A DNA stretch of 64,000 nucleotides from Schizochytrium sp. TIO01 (GCA_004764695.1 SMSO01000031.1:7298761-7362760); one strand, 5' to 3'; numbered from the stretch's first letter, positions 53,042 to 64,000 are shown. Notes: generated from the letters alone by a model not told the origin. Numbers and translations: made by a program.

Positions 53042-53740
53042 AGCCAAGGTATGACGTTGGCTCAATCACAGTACGTAGTAGAATCTCTTATCTAAAGAAA
53101 CCCTGTGAGAACTTGCAGTAATTCTTTCATGTCTATGATAACTTGCTCCAAATACATAGGCGCCTACTACTATTACATACTGCAAGCAAGGCACTGGGCA
53201 GTCAAAAACAAGATTGACGATTGTTTCGTTCACGCTGAAGGAAGCCGCTTGAGTCGAAACAAAATGCGCTATCGCTGCCAACCTTCAACTTGTGGCGTTG
53301 CATGCCACTTACCGAAGAACTTGAAGAGGTGCTTTACGTTCTCGAGCTGACTGGCCCGTAATAAACCCGAGGCGTCGAACATCATCTCTAGGTCATTCAT
53401 TACATGGCGATAGACAGCGAGCCAACCTGTCATTGCGGCATTGTAGCTAGACTGCCGAAGAGTAGAACTTGCTTGTCTCTGAAGCTATATCCAAGCTACG
53501 TTCAATGTCAAATGTCAAATGATGGGTTGCACTCAACTCCAAAACCACTGCAAATAGACATCATTCAAGAACGTGTTTGTTCTCTCGGACCTACTTCTGA
53601 TGAGTACGAGCAAAGGACGAGGTTGACGTTTTTAGCGAAAATGATATTGCCAGCCAACGTATGTCGCCTCGTGAGAGCTGTCTCGTAGGCAGTCTCCGTT
53701 AGTTCAAGTTCATGTCCAAAGTTGAACAAATGTTCAACAA
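53042..53740 (+). mobile_element. Decayed Ty1/copia RT C-terminus + RNase H remnant
   Basis: Ordered fragments GMTLAQSQYVVESL (cf. GIxLSQxxYI), YIGA, RLSR, LKR/VLYVLELT (cf. KRVLRYLKGT) and FITWR*TASQPVIAAL (cf. ISWxSKKQxxVALS). Stops and frameshifts throughout; no LTRs seen. Confidence 0.5.
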
Positions 53741-54744
53741 GTTAGAGGTACGCAGTGATGAGTTCTACTTGTGTTCGTAACGACAAGCAGACTTAGCCTT
53801 CAATGAAATTGGTTTGCACTTGAGGGCCATGAATTAGGCGGCGGAGCTCCAAGCAGACGGAAGTCGCGTTCGTTCTTGTTGCTATTCCTGTTCGGATATT
53901 TTACTACAAAATGTCCTTCATCGAAGGGCCATTCCAGTTTCGATGGCCTAACTGCTCTCGCCAAGCTCAAGTGCAGAGCAACCGGTAGCCTTTGGAACTC
54001 ATCCTCATGTTGGGCGAATCATATTCTCAGAGTCGATCAAAGTTCCCGGTACTTGTAATAGAGGAAGACGATAAGCTTGACGGCAAGAAGCAATCGAGCA
54101 CGCAATCGAGCACACCCGAAAGTACTTCACTGAATCAAACCTGTGTTGCTTAAATTTGCCTCAGCAAGTTTGCCAAAATGTTTAGGGCGAAGGTCTTATC
54201 TCTGGCAGGTGCACTGCTCACGACCCTTAAGTTTTGGACCATTTTTGATAGCCTCAATTCGCTATCTAGACTTGAAATCTATGCGCTGCGCTGAAGTTAT
54301 GCTTCTTATTACAATATTTCTGAGCTCATATCGCTAAAGCCCCAGTACAGGTAACCTCACCTGCCTAGGTTCGAGATGCTTCTCGAGAGTGCTGGACTCC
54401 CATGTAATTATTAAAAGCTAAGCATGAGTCCGGCAGAAGTAGGTATCTATCTACCTGCTAGATGTGACCTGCGGCCGGGCTGCTGGAACTGCAAACTAGA
54501 GAGTTTTGTAAGTGATGGAATCAATGTTCGACTTCAATTTAGCATACTTGAAGAACTTCAAGTCGAAGTCCAGCTAATCGCTTTTTGTTTAGTTTTTGCT
54601 ATTTCTAACATGTTTAGTTATTTATTACAAAAATTACGAGCATTTAATGATTATCTAGAGATGATTCATGTAAACTGAAGGATCGATAATCATGACACAG
54701 TTATATAGTTCATCCTATTGTCCATCAGGCACTGAACAAGAGTT

Positions 54745-54770
54745 AACAAACAAACAAACAAACAAACAAA
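54745..54770. repeat. (AAAC)n microsatellite
   Basis: aacaaacaaacaaacaaacaaacaaa. Confidence 0.9.
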
Positions 54771-56427
54771 ACGTGCACTTGAGAGAGGGAACATACGTGC
54801 TACCTGGATTCAAATTGTCGAACAAAGTACTAATAATGTAGGTAATGGAAGTCAGGCGCAACAGTCTTTAACAAAAGAAATGCAAACGAGCTAATCTAAA
54901 AAAACAGAGGGGTGAAATGGCACCTGCATTTCTTGAAAGTTAAGTTACTGAAGGACTTCACGTTTTGATCAAGCTTTATGCCACTGTAAGTTTACAAACG
55001 TGGTACGCAGTGCAACAGGAGATCGCAGTCTGAAATTTCACAGGAGCTAGAAGCTGGAGAAGGCACCATTGTAGAAGTTGTAAATAATGAATATAATCAT
55101 GAAAAATAAAATAAGAATTTTATTTTTTAAAATCATGAGTTTAAGTTAGTTTGTAAATCAATAAAAAAGCAGCAGGGTATGTAGGTGCATAGTAGTGGGA
55201 ACCTACTTCATTTTCCAACCAGAAAGTTAATTATAGTGAGATGGTACTACCTCTTTCCCTTCATGCCATGTCCTCTGCAACATAAATAAAAGCAACATGC
55301 AGTCCGGTGATTCGTAGCTCATTTCAACGAAAGGTTCACTTCAAGTAGCCATATGTCCCTTCCTACAAAAGTCTATCTATCTAATTGCCTTTACTTGCGG
55401 CTTGACATATCACTTTTTCTTTTAATTTAGGTGGTGTGGAAGGCAATATTTAAGCATATACTTCTACTATTGTGCCCTCACCTTTTGGAATACCAGACCA
55501 CGAGAACTTTGAATGAGTATTTGCGAGTGCGTGCCAAAATGGTGATTTCCGGTATTGTTTTCAATCCAACACTCTTGAATTTCCAAATCTGCGCAGCAAA
55601 ATGAGCGTGCTTCACTTGCTCCGTAGCTTGCATAAACTATTAAAACTTGGCAGGCTAAAGAAACTGGAGAATCAACATAAGTGATCCCCGATGATCACGA
55701 CGAACTGTTTTATCTGTCAGGAAGCACTGCTATTTCAGGGTGTGGGGAGCTATAATTAACTATCGGAGTGAACGTCGCGACTCGGACAATGGGCACTTGT
55801 AATTCCTGAAAAAAAAAAAGTTCCCGAAACCTCTAGCTACGCGAGCGAGGGTGCGGCCCAAGCATGATTTCCAACAAGTTCGCTATGAGGATAGCCTAAC
55901 AATAAGGCGAGTTCAACTCAAGCTTTGTCGGACTCGCGCTAGATACGTTTCTCTCTAGTTAAGTCTTCTGCCTATTCAGCCCGAGAATCATCTGGGTACA
56001 TACACATATGGAATTGATTGCAAGAAAATAGAAAGAGGAAAAAAAAAGCTTATATTTTCTCTCTCTTCTGTATAATCAATCAATCACAGTGGTTTCCTTT
56101 CAATTTTAGTTTTTTGTTCAAGTCTACTTTCTGTTCATTCTCAAAGTTCTCACTTTCATAATGTTTTCATGCACTTGAATTGTTGCTTCGTGAGAGAGCC
56201 CATCTCTGCAAGTTGCGTACTGCGTACAGATGAAAGCAGAGAGGCCCGAGTCAGGCAAACCCAAATCTGCAACTTCGAAGCCTCTGACTCGCGCGGGCTA
56301 GCAAAGAGGCTCGTCGGTGTACAAAGAGCAGGGCCTACCTAGTCGGGTATGGCGGCAGCGCGTGCAGAAACGTGCTCGATTCTGGTTCACAAGAAGAAGA
56401 GACGAAGCGAGACTGGCAAGCCGAACA

Positions 56428-59400
56428 ATGCTTCCGTCCCGCAATAGCCTGCCGCGGCCACGGTCGGCTGATGAGAGCGACCATCGACAGCGTCGCGAGT
56501 CTGCATTCCGAAGACTGTCAATGCGTGCATTCTCTAAGACCTTTATGCATAAGAAGCGTCTCGCCAAAGAGGCAAGGGGGGCAAAAAAATCTGGGTCGAC
56601 AGAAACCACGCGCGATCAGTTTGCAGAGCTCAGAGCTGTGCAAGAAGCAGTGAATTACTATCCCCAGCCCCTGCCAAATGACGTTTCTTCAATTCGTTAC
56701 AAAGGTCGCGACCCTGCGGTTCGAGCTCGTATGATGTCAGGTGAGAGTATTGCGGTTCCAAAGGACCTCGAGCTTGAGCCACGTGTTGTACGCATGTTTG
56801 TAAGTGGGACTTTCCGCGATATGCGGTTTGAGCGCGATTGTATCGTCGGTTTGTTGAACCCGCGCATCAGTAAATACTGCCGAATTCATGGTCTTCACTT
56901 CCAATGCCAGGACATGCGGTGGGCAGTGTCTGAACTGACACATGATTCTCGTGAACTGTCGCTGCAAGAGCTTCGGCGCTGCAAAGCACGCTCCTTTGCG
57001 TTTAACTTCGTGGGCATAGTGGGTAACAGGTACGGTTTCTGTCCATTCCCAACTATTATCGAAGCAAGTATGTTCGAAAAGTTGTACAGAGAGGCCAGTA
57101 ACCCCAGCCTTTTAGACACGTGGTTCATCCTAGACGAAAACCGTGTTCCTGCTATGTATGTACTTCGACGTGTCGAGAAGGTTCTCAGCCGTACCTTGAA
57201 GTATCGTATGAATGCGGTAAATGCCGAGTGGCACGAATCATTTGAGGCAATTCGCAACGAGCTTTGCCAAGCAGCTCGTCGCCTTGAAATTGAAGGAGTT
57301 TTCTCTGCAGAGGAAAGCGCTGTTTTTGAACGCGGGGTTGTTGAAGAAGAAATAGAGGAAGGCGTTTTCACGCAAAGTGATCACCACCAAACTCACATCA
57401 TCATCCGTGAGCTTCAACATGACGATTCTGGTGATGCAGAGGACGGTGAAAATCAAATGATAGATCCCATTTATTTTGACTCCGAGGAGACTGATCCTGA
57501 TGGATATGCCCGCGCTCGATTGCAAAACCTTAAAGAGCGCTGTAATGAAATAGTACACGAGAGTAACCGCCAAACCTATTACGTGCCATTTGAGGACGGC
57601 CTTGATCCTGTTAGCAACCCATCTCATAGCAGTTACTTGCGCCAGATGTTGGAAGATCTCGAGCATCGAATCATCGGCAGTATTCGACACAATTTGCAAA
57701 ACGGTGTCTTTCGACGCGACCCTCTTTTTGAGACTGTCCGAGCTCACGCAATGCGCGCTGCACATTGTAGCAAAGAATTTGTTGGCCGGCAGGAGCTCCT
57801 GCACTCAATTCGTAATAATCGTAGTCGCCTTGTGTTTGTCACAGGAACTGCAGGCTCTGGTAAGACCTTTGCTCTTGGTAAAGTTTCTGCCAATGTTGCT
57901 AGCGCTGTGGCGAAGCAACGCGCTGAAAATGTTGTGGTTGCTCGCTTCTTAGGGGCCACGCATGAATCTTACACAAGCTCCAGTCTACTTCGAGGAATTT
58001 ACGAGCAGATTCAGAGCGTATACTGTACGTCTTCTGGGGTCACACCTCCAGAGATTCCAGTACGCCCAAAGGACGTGCGGTATGCCCTTAAAGACTTCTT
58101 ATCACTTGCCACTGAAGATGCCCCACTCATGCTTATCATTGATGGCATTGATCAACTCCTTGACGGGGATGACTCGTGGGTGCCTCTTGCTGCGGAGGAT
58201 TTACCTCAGCATGTACGTCTAATTATCTCTGCACGTGCTGGTACTGCTCCTGCACGTACATTTCTTCGCTCTGCTGAAGCTGGGAATTCAGCTCTTGTGC
58301 GAACACCTACATTCACAGGTGAGGAGGCAGAATCATTTTTAGATAGTTGGCTATCGGCTGATTCTCGCGCACTTCAACCCAAACAAAAAAGCACAATTCT
58401 TCGTTCTGTTATAGGATTACGTGATCCTTCTCCTTTAGCTTTGCGAATTCTTTATGAAGAATCAAAGCACTTAAACTCTCTGGACGCACCGATGGAGGAG
58501 TTTCTTGGTGTGAAGGAAATCGACGAAATTCTGGCACATTGGTTTGCACGACTTGAGGCTGAACATGGTGCTCTCTTTGTGCAGACAACACTGGCGTTGA
58601 TTACGGCTTCATTCACTGGTCTCGAGGAGACAGAGCTCGAAGATCTTCTTTCTCTTCGTGACGACCTTCTCGCCGAGGCATATACGGATTTTGTCCCTCC
58701 CTTAGCACGATTTCCTCAACGAAGAATTTTTAAGCTTCTTCGTGATCTTCGTCCTTTCATGTGGTTGGGTAATTGGGCACATCGTGAAGTCCATCGCACT
58801 GCCCTCGATCGTTATGATTCGAAAATCATTTCAGCGTATCGTCTCATTGCAGACTACTTCTCAGCAGACTCCCCTAGTCTTTTGGAGCGCCCACCGTGCA
58901 AGACCGAGGTGAATGGAGAGCAGTGGCTGATTGCACAGAACCGCTTCCCAGAGGCCCAACCGTTTCAGTTTGAGACCGGTGCGACTAATCTCCGGAAGTT
59001 CTTTGAGCTTCCTTCAGCTCTGCAAAGTGTAGGTGATGCCGAGGCCCTTGAAAAGCTTGTATGTGACCTTCAGTTCATTCGTATTGGGTTCGAAACTGCT
59101 CCTGCGGATCTCCTCTATTGGGTTCGGCAACCAGAAACTTTCCGCAGCTCCAACATTGCGCGTGCTATCGGCCAAAGCTTGACAGCATATAGTAGTGCCC
59201 CAGACCAGCTCGAAGAGATTCTGTGGCTTCGTCTGGCTAATGTTCTGGAACCTGGAGATGACCTGCTTCGTGAGCTTCATGAAGCACGCATGAAAACCCC
59301 TGGTTTGCATGCACTCACTCCTTTGCGCAATATTCCCACGCATCGGCGGCTCGAAACCCAACAAGGGATTGGAGCTACATCGAGTATGAATGATGCTTCA

Positions 59401-61590
59401 AGATCACGTCCAAGTGTTGCTTCCTCTCAAAGCTCCTCTCGTCTGCGATCGGCTATTCGCAAAAGCCTTAAAAAGAAGAGATTCTCCCTCAAAGAAGGTT
59501 TACCCATGCGCGAGTCTAGTTACTCTGGGTCGTTGACAGCAGACGGTAACCCCTTTGCGCCGGCAAGAGTCACAACTCTTCATGGTCACTATTCTCCTGT
59601 TCTTTATGCTGACAACTATACAGACCCGAAAACAAGGGATGAACATCTTGTTACAATGTCCGCAGAATCCATACGAATCTGGAATGTTGAACATAAAGAG
59701 CTCATTCAAGTTATCAATTCTCCAGCAGGAGTCCGTAAGAACAGTGATGCGCTGGGCGGCAATCAAGTTGATGAAGAGGACAGTGACAACACTGATGGAA
59801 AATTTAATCGCGTTGTGGCTTATGTCGAGCCTGGTGGTGGCCCTCGCGTTCTTGTGGGAATGGATAGGGACTTATTGCTTTATGCGGTCACCACAGGTGT
59901 ACCCATGCGGAAGATCAACAATGCTCACGACGCCGCAATTAGCGATCTGGGCCTCATGGAAGCTTCAAATGGCGAAATTGACTTCGTAAGTGCGAGTTTT
60001 GATGGAACACTCAAAGTCTGGCGAGGACTGACAGGCCAGCGTATGCGGTTGATCAGCTGTGAAGCAGGTCCAATTCTAGATATTGACCTATTTATTGACA
60101 CCGACGCTGGTGATTGGCAAGCACTCACCGTCCATGAGCACGAAATTCGCGTTTACAATGTATCTGGTGGTGAGCATCCGAATATATCTTTGTCTGTTGA
60201 CGGCGAAACGTTTTGTACTGCAGTGTCTTACTTCCATGAAGGCACATTGTTTGCATTATCCTGTGCTGAAAATAACGGTTCCTTACGAATGTGGGATCTC
60301 AAAAAGGGTATCATGCTTCACTCCTTGGATAACGCCGAGCACATCAATAATCCGTTCACTTGTTTAGATATCTTTGAGGATGTTGCAAGTGCCAGTCTTC
60401 GATGCGTGACAGGAGACACTGAAGGATTCATCAAGATTTGGGATTTGACTGAGCCTAAGCTTCAATATGTAGCGGAGGTACATGATTCACCGGTGATTGA
60501 CGTTACCTATCTAGAACTTGATAAAGAGTTCTGGGTAGCATCTTGCGCAAGCGATGGGCAGGTGCATTTGTCCAGTGGGTTCGCAGAAGCAAATGTGCAA
60601 CCGTCCAGTGCATCGAGTCTGAGCGTAGAGGATTTTGGTCCTGCATCGTGTCTTTCTTCCTATACCGATGGAAGAAAGGGTCGTTGGCAAGTTGCAAGTG
60701 TTCATGATTCCCAAGTCCTTATCCGGGATCCTATTTCCTCAGCCATTAATATGCGCTGGGAAACGGGTGCTAAAGTGAACTGCATTGCCTTTGAGGACAT
60801 CCCTCGATCACGAAATGCTCGCTGCGTTGCGGGCCTGATCACTGGAGCCGTTTCTGTGTGGTCTATTCCTACAACGAACTCTTTTTCTGTTCAAGTTCAC
60901 GAGGGCCAAACTTTAGGTGTTTGCGTCTTTGATCCACGTAGTTCTGATGATGCTGCCTTCGCCAGTGCTGGCGAAGATGGTATTATTGCTGTACATAATA
61001 TTGCAAACGGGGCACCGCTTTGCCGCTGGCACGCTCACGACGTGGCCATTCGATTTGTTTTACCCTTCCGTGAAGATCATACGCCTAAATTGCTTAGCGG
61101 AGACTGTGCAGGCAACTTAAGTGTGTGGGACTTTGAAAAAACACGAAAGACTCTATCGCAGGTTCTTTCGCGCAAGGTATCACCAAGTTTGAACTTTGAA
61201 AATAGCAAACCTGTGCGATCTGTCTCAACTTACACTGAGTATAACAGTCGTCAACCTTATGCGATCATTGCTAATGGAGGCAACAATGTTCGTGTCATTG
61301 CTCTGGATGGGCGAGAACGTATATTGCGAGGCGGCCATTCTGCACGTGTTCGTTCAGTGAGTAGCTTTGCAGACCCGACGACGAATGAGCAGTGCATTAT
61401 ATCTGCGGGCAAGGACAAGACTATTTGTGTATGGAGTTCCAAGGGAATTGTGATAAGTAGGTATGTTTTTGATCAACCCATCAAGACCATCAGTACCCAC
61501 CGATTGCCCAATCAGGCTTACATCATGGTCAGTCTTGATGATGGCCAGCTTGTTGTACTTCGCCATATCCCTGCTGAAAGCAACTCTTAA
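56428..61590 (+). CDS. DUF4062-NACHT-WD40 STAND NTPase (NWD1/NWD2/TEP1-C-like), ~1,720 aa
   Basis: DUF4062-like VRMFVSGTFRDMRFERD..QDMRWAV..LQELRRC..FVGIVGNRYG. Walker A GTAGSGKT, VARFLGAT, Walker B LMLIIDGIDQL, winged-helix-like GLEETELEDLLS. Many WD repeats (LHGHYSPV, SASFDGTLKVW, GGHSARVRSV..SAGKDKTICVW). First ATG at 56428. Confidence 0.93.
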   Translation: MLPSRNSLPRPRSADESDHRQRRESAFRRLSMRAFSKTFMHKKRLAKEARGAKKSGSTETTRDQFAELRAVQEAVNYYPQPLPNDVSSIRYKGRDPAVRARMMSGESIAVPKDLELEPRVVRMFVSGTFRDMRFERDCIVGLLNPRISKYCRIHGLHFQCQDMRWAVSELTHDSRELSLQELRRCKARSFAFNFVGIVGNRYGFCPFPTIIEASMFEKLYREASNPSLLDTWFILDENRVPAMYVLRRVEKVLSRTLKYRMNAVNAEWHESFEAIRNELCQAARRLEIEGVFSAEESAVFERGVVEEEIEEGVFTQSDHHQTHIIIRELQHDDSGDAEDGENQMIDPIYFDSEETDPDGYARARLQNLKERCNEIVHESNRQTYYVPFEDGLDPVSNPSHSSYLRQMLEDLEHRIIGSIRHNLQNGVFRRDPLFETVRAHAMRAAHCSKEFVGRQELLHSIRNNRSRLVFVTGTAGSGKTFALGKVSANVASAVAKQRAENVVVARFLGATHESYTSSSLLRGIYEQIQSVYCTSSGVTPPEIPVRPKDVRYALKDFLSLATEDAPLMLIIDGIDQLLDGDDSWVPLAAEDLPQHVRLIISARAGTAPARTFLRSAEAGNSALVRTPTFTGEEAESFLDSWLSADSRALQPKQKSTILRSVIGLRDPSPLALRILYEESKHLNSLDAPMEEFLGVKEIDEILAHWFARLEAEHGALFVQTTLALITASFTGLEETELEDLLSLRDDLLAEAYTDFVPPLARFPQRRIFKLLRDLRPFMWLGNWAHREVHRTALDRYDSKIISAYRLIADYFSADSPSLLERPPCKTEVNGEQWLIAQNRFPEAQPFQFETGATNLRKFFELPSALQSVGDAEALEKLVCDLQFIRIGFETAPADLLYWVRQPETFRSSNIARAIGQSLTAYSSAPDQLEEILWLRLANVLEPGDDLLRELHEARMKTPGLHALTPLRNIPTHRRLETQQGIGATSSMNDASRSRPSVASSQSSSRLRSAIRKSLKKKRFSLKEGLPMRESSYSGSLTADGNPFAPARVTTLHGHYSPVLYADNYTDPKTRDEHLVTMSAESIRIWNVEHKELIQVINSPAGVRKNSDALGGNQVDEEDSDNTDGKFNRVVAYVEPGGGPRVLVGMDRDLLLYAVTTGVPMRKINNAHDAAISDLGLMEASNGEIDFVSASFDGTLKVWRGLTGQRMRLISCEAGPILDIDLFIDTDAGDWQALTVHEHEIRVYNVSGGEHPNISLSVDGETFCTAVSYFHEGTLFALSCAENNGSLRMWDLKKGIMLHSLDNAEHINNPFTCLDIFEDVASASLRCVTGDTEGFIKIWDLTEPKLQYVAEVHDSPVIDVTYLELDKEFWVASCASDGQVHLSSGFAEANVQPSSASSLSVEDFGPASCLSSYTDGRKGRWQVASVHDSQVLIRDPISSAINMRWETGAKVNCIAFEDIPRSRNARCVAGLITGAVSVWSIPTTNSFSVQVHEGQTLGVCVFDPRSSDDAAFASAGEDGIIAVHNIANGAPLCRWHAHDVAIRFVLPFREDHTPKLLSGDCAGNLSVWDFEKTRKTLSQVLSRKVSPSLNFENSKPVRSVSTYTEYNSRQPYAIIANGGNNVRVIALDGRERILRGGHSARVRSVSSFADPTTNEQCIISAGKDKTICVWSSKGIVISRYVFDQPIKTISTHRLPNQAYIMVSLDDGQLVVLRHIPAESNS

Positions 61591-61812
61591 ATCACAGTTG
61601 CACGTGTGTTTGCGTTTGTCGTTGCAATCTCAAGAGCGACCAAGCCAGTGTGTTATAGTCTAAGCCGACAAGAGCAACGAGACATCTGCTGAGAAAATGT
61701 AAATAGTTACTATTTGGCCTTTACTAAGTTATTTCCCCAACCACAATTTGGGTATTACTCCACCCCAAACTCTTCACCAAAGAGTACTTATATCTACCTA
61801 CTTGCCACCCAA

Positions 61813-61874
61813 AAATTCATTCAGTTATTGCATGATGAATGCCTCTATAGGTTCCCCAATAACTGAATGAATTT
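61813..61874. repeat. Perfect 18-bp inverted repeat with 26-nt spacer
   Basis: AAATTCATTCAGTTATTG (61813-61830) and its exact reverse complement CAATAACTGAATGAATTT (61857-61874). Confidence 0.95.
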
Positions 61875-62552
61875 CACTCGGTCGCCTCCCTCCTCCAACA
61901 ATGCCCGAAACCAAACTCAACCAGATTTACGAAGAAGCTCTAACGCCTCTCCGGGGCCTTGCTTGCTCTCGTACCGCCCGCCACCTCTTCAGATCCATCC
62001 ACTCTTCATCTCCTCAGCAGCAGAGCTCAGTTCTCGATGAAGGATTCCTGTCAAACTCCGAGTCAAGTTCTACTTCTAAGTGTCTTCTTCTTCAGAAATT
62101 CTTTGGAATCATCATCTTCTTCTTCTTCTTTCTACCCAATGACCTCTCACAACCTTTGTGTACTTTGCGGTGCACACCATATCAGTGCGGAAAGAAATGA
62201 ATTGAAATGCACAAGAGTCCTTCACATCAGTTTACGACGGTGCGTTCGTCGTTAAAAAGGCGCCATTGCAAAAACTACGAGCTGGCTGGCGCCTCCTCCT
62301 GCCTGCTGGCCGTGGGCCGCTTGCATTCAACTTGTGCAAGAAGACGATGGGAAAAGTTGGTTGCGCATTGGTCAATTAACTAATTACTTAATTCATTCAT
62401 TCATCGATTAATTAGTAAGGCTGTACCCGTATCGTATGCAAAGTAGTTGCTCCAAAAGGTAATGTAAAGGGAAAAAGGATAAGTAAAGGGTCGATCATAT
62501 CGCCTTGAGCTCAAGCCAGATCAGCCTCGTGCGCGGCGTCCAGCGCTAAGGC

Positions 62553-64000
62553 ATGTGGGGCGCATGCAAGCTCGGCCCCCGACACTGGGAAGAGGCGTTT
62601 CTCGCTGTGGACTGGTCTCAACGATGCCTGCGCAGCTTTAGCTCTGAGGAAGCTGCGGAGGCTTGCCTCAACTCCCTCCACGGCTCCACTTCTCTCTTCG
62701 CCAACTCCGAGGACCTTGCCCCCCTACTAAGTCCAGCTTCCAGTGTAGTGGACTCCGGACGCGATGGGAGGATTGTGAGCAGCCTTGTGAGTGTGGACGT
62801 CACCCTTGGTGACGCACAGGTTCGCGAAGAGTGTAGTACTGTGACTTGTGGCGACTACCACGATGTCATCATTATTTCTTCAAGCGAAGACTCTGCTGCT
62901 CCGTGCGTGCTGGGCGTGGAGTCCGGTGCTTCTGAGGCCTGGCATGAGTGGATTCGCAACGCGGCTGCTGTGTGCACATTCTTGTTCCTTTGCCAGCGTG
63001 AGGGTCTGAGCGCTGACCTCGCGGAGTCCGCCTGCAGGCCTTTGAAGGAGGCCGCTCAAGGAGGCGTCTTCGAGCTTGAGCTCGACGGTCCAGACTTCTT
63101 CGAAACTCCTACGACCACAAGAGCCGTTGCAATGCTACTCACAGAAAATACCTCTGTCCTTCGGTGCACTGATTGTGTGCTCGAGGAGCGCCGTGCTGCA
63201 AGGCTCTTCGAGGCAGTGCAGAGATGCCGAGCTTTGCGAAGTGCGCAATTCATTGGTTGTGGAATTGGACCTCTCTCGGTAAGACAACTATGTAGAGCGC
63301 TAATTGGAGTTGCACAGAATGTAGAAGAATTAGATCTTACGGATAACATTCTAGGGGATGATGGTGCGGCGGCTCTTGCGGAGACTGTGGCGTGTCTGCC
63401 AAGACTTCGGGACCTTAGACTAGCGAAAAACCAAATTACTTACGTGGGGGCTCGGGCTCTGGCTGCAAGGATTGGGAGAGCATCGAATCTGAGGTCATTG
63501 GATCTCAGCGAGAACCCTATTGGTGATTTTGGTATGGAAGCAGTTGCAAGATCACTAGAAGGCTTACCATATTTGGAGACGTTAGTGCTACATTCTTGCA
63601 CGGCGAACGCGGAGGGAACGTTGCAGATGCTTGTGCAGGGTCTTATTGAAAATCGAAACTCTTCGGCGGTCGGAGGACTTGCAGTTCTTGATTTGCAGGA
63701 TAATATGTTTGCAGCAGCGGCTATTAAAAGATTTCTCACACAGTGTAGCAGCTTGGGGGCTCCACAGATGATTAAACTTGGCCGACGTCAGCGGGAGCGC
63801 ATGGTGATGGCGATGGATGGCGAGGACGAATATATGCGCCGGGGGCAGGTGGTAGACCTTGGCTATATTCCTGCTAAGGTGGATAATAGAGATCAGCATT
63901 GGCCATCTTCGTCATCTCCGAACCAAGGATCTCCTAAGAATGCCGATGCCCTAGCTGCGGCAGCAATGAGCCGTCTAGAAATAGTCTTTGGCCAAGAAAT
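62553..64000 (+). CDS. Ribonuclease-inhibitor-type LRR protein with PH-like N-terminus; 3'-truncated by the window
   Basis: Manual translation from ATG 62553 (MWGACKLGPRHWEEAFLAVD...) is open to the window end (482 codons). LRRs fall at exact 28-aa spacing: VEELDLTDNILGDDGAAALA, LRDLRLAKNQITYVGARALA, LRSLDLSENPIGDFGMEAVA, LETLVLHSC. Not in the ORF track because it has no stop in the window. Confidence 0.88.
   Translation, partial: MWGACKLGPRHWEEAFLAVDWSQRCLRSFSSEEAAEACLNSLHGSTSLFANSEDLAPLLSPASSVVDSGRDGRIVSSLVSVDVTLGDAQVREECSTVTCGDYHDVIIISSSEDSAAPCVLGVESGASEAWHEWIRNAAAVCTFLFLCQREGLSADLAESACRPLKEAAQGGVFELELDGPDFFETPTTTRAVAMLLTENTSVLRCTDCVLEERRAARLFEAVQRCRALRSAQFIGCGIGPLSVRQLCRALIGVAQNVEELDLTDNILGDDGAAALAETVACLPRLRDLRLAKNQITYVGARALAARIGRASNLRSLDLSENPIGDFGMEAVARSLEGLPYLETLVLHSCTANAEGTLQMLVQGLIENRNSSAVGGLAVLDLQDNMFAAAAIKRFLTQCSSLGAPQMIKLGRRQRERMVMAMDGEDEYMRRGQVVDLGYIPAKVDNRDQHWPSSSSPNQGSPKNADALAAAAMSRLEIVFGQE

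Overview
Eukaryotic nuclear DNA: intron-poor, roughly mid-GC genes separated by AT-rich, microsatellite-rich spacers, read with the standard code. The style suggests a stramenopile protist such as a thraustochytrid/labyrinthulomycete; this is inference, not shown by the sequence. Eight protein genes are well supported. Three are membrane-anchored glycosyltransferases (GT77-like, GT60-like, GT90-like). The others are a SERF/4F5 small protein, a ~2,590-aa SH3/SAM/EF-hand protein, a single-exon ~7,030-aa HECT E3 ligase, a DUF4062-NACHT-WD40 STAND protein, and a PH-like + RI-type LRR protein that runs off the right edge and is missing from the ORF track. The SH3/SAM/EF-hand gene is split into three ORFs in the track, and two 64-68 nt introns join them in frame. 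The spacers hold decayed transposon remnants (PIF/Harbinger Myb-like ORF, Ty1/copia RT-RNaseH, possibly a LINE), a 13-bp minisatellite, a perfect 18-bp inverted repeat and orphan splice signals. I saw no rRNA, tRNA or CRISPR array, and no unambiguous new multi-gene system. The best leads are the nested-domain architecture and post-HECT tail of the giant ligase, the NACHT/LRR tandem pair, the SH3-SAM-EF-hand scaffold, and a class of very short 5' introns without pyrimidine tracts. All domain calls come from motif recognition by eye, not from searches.
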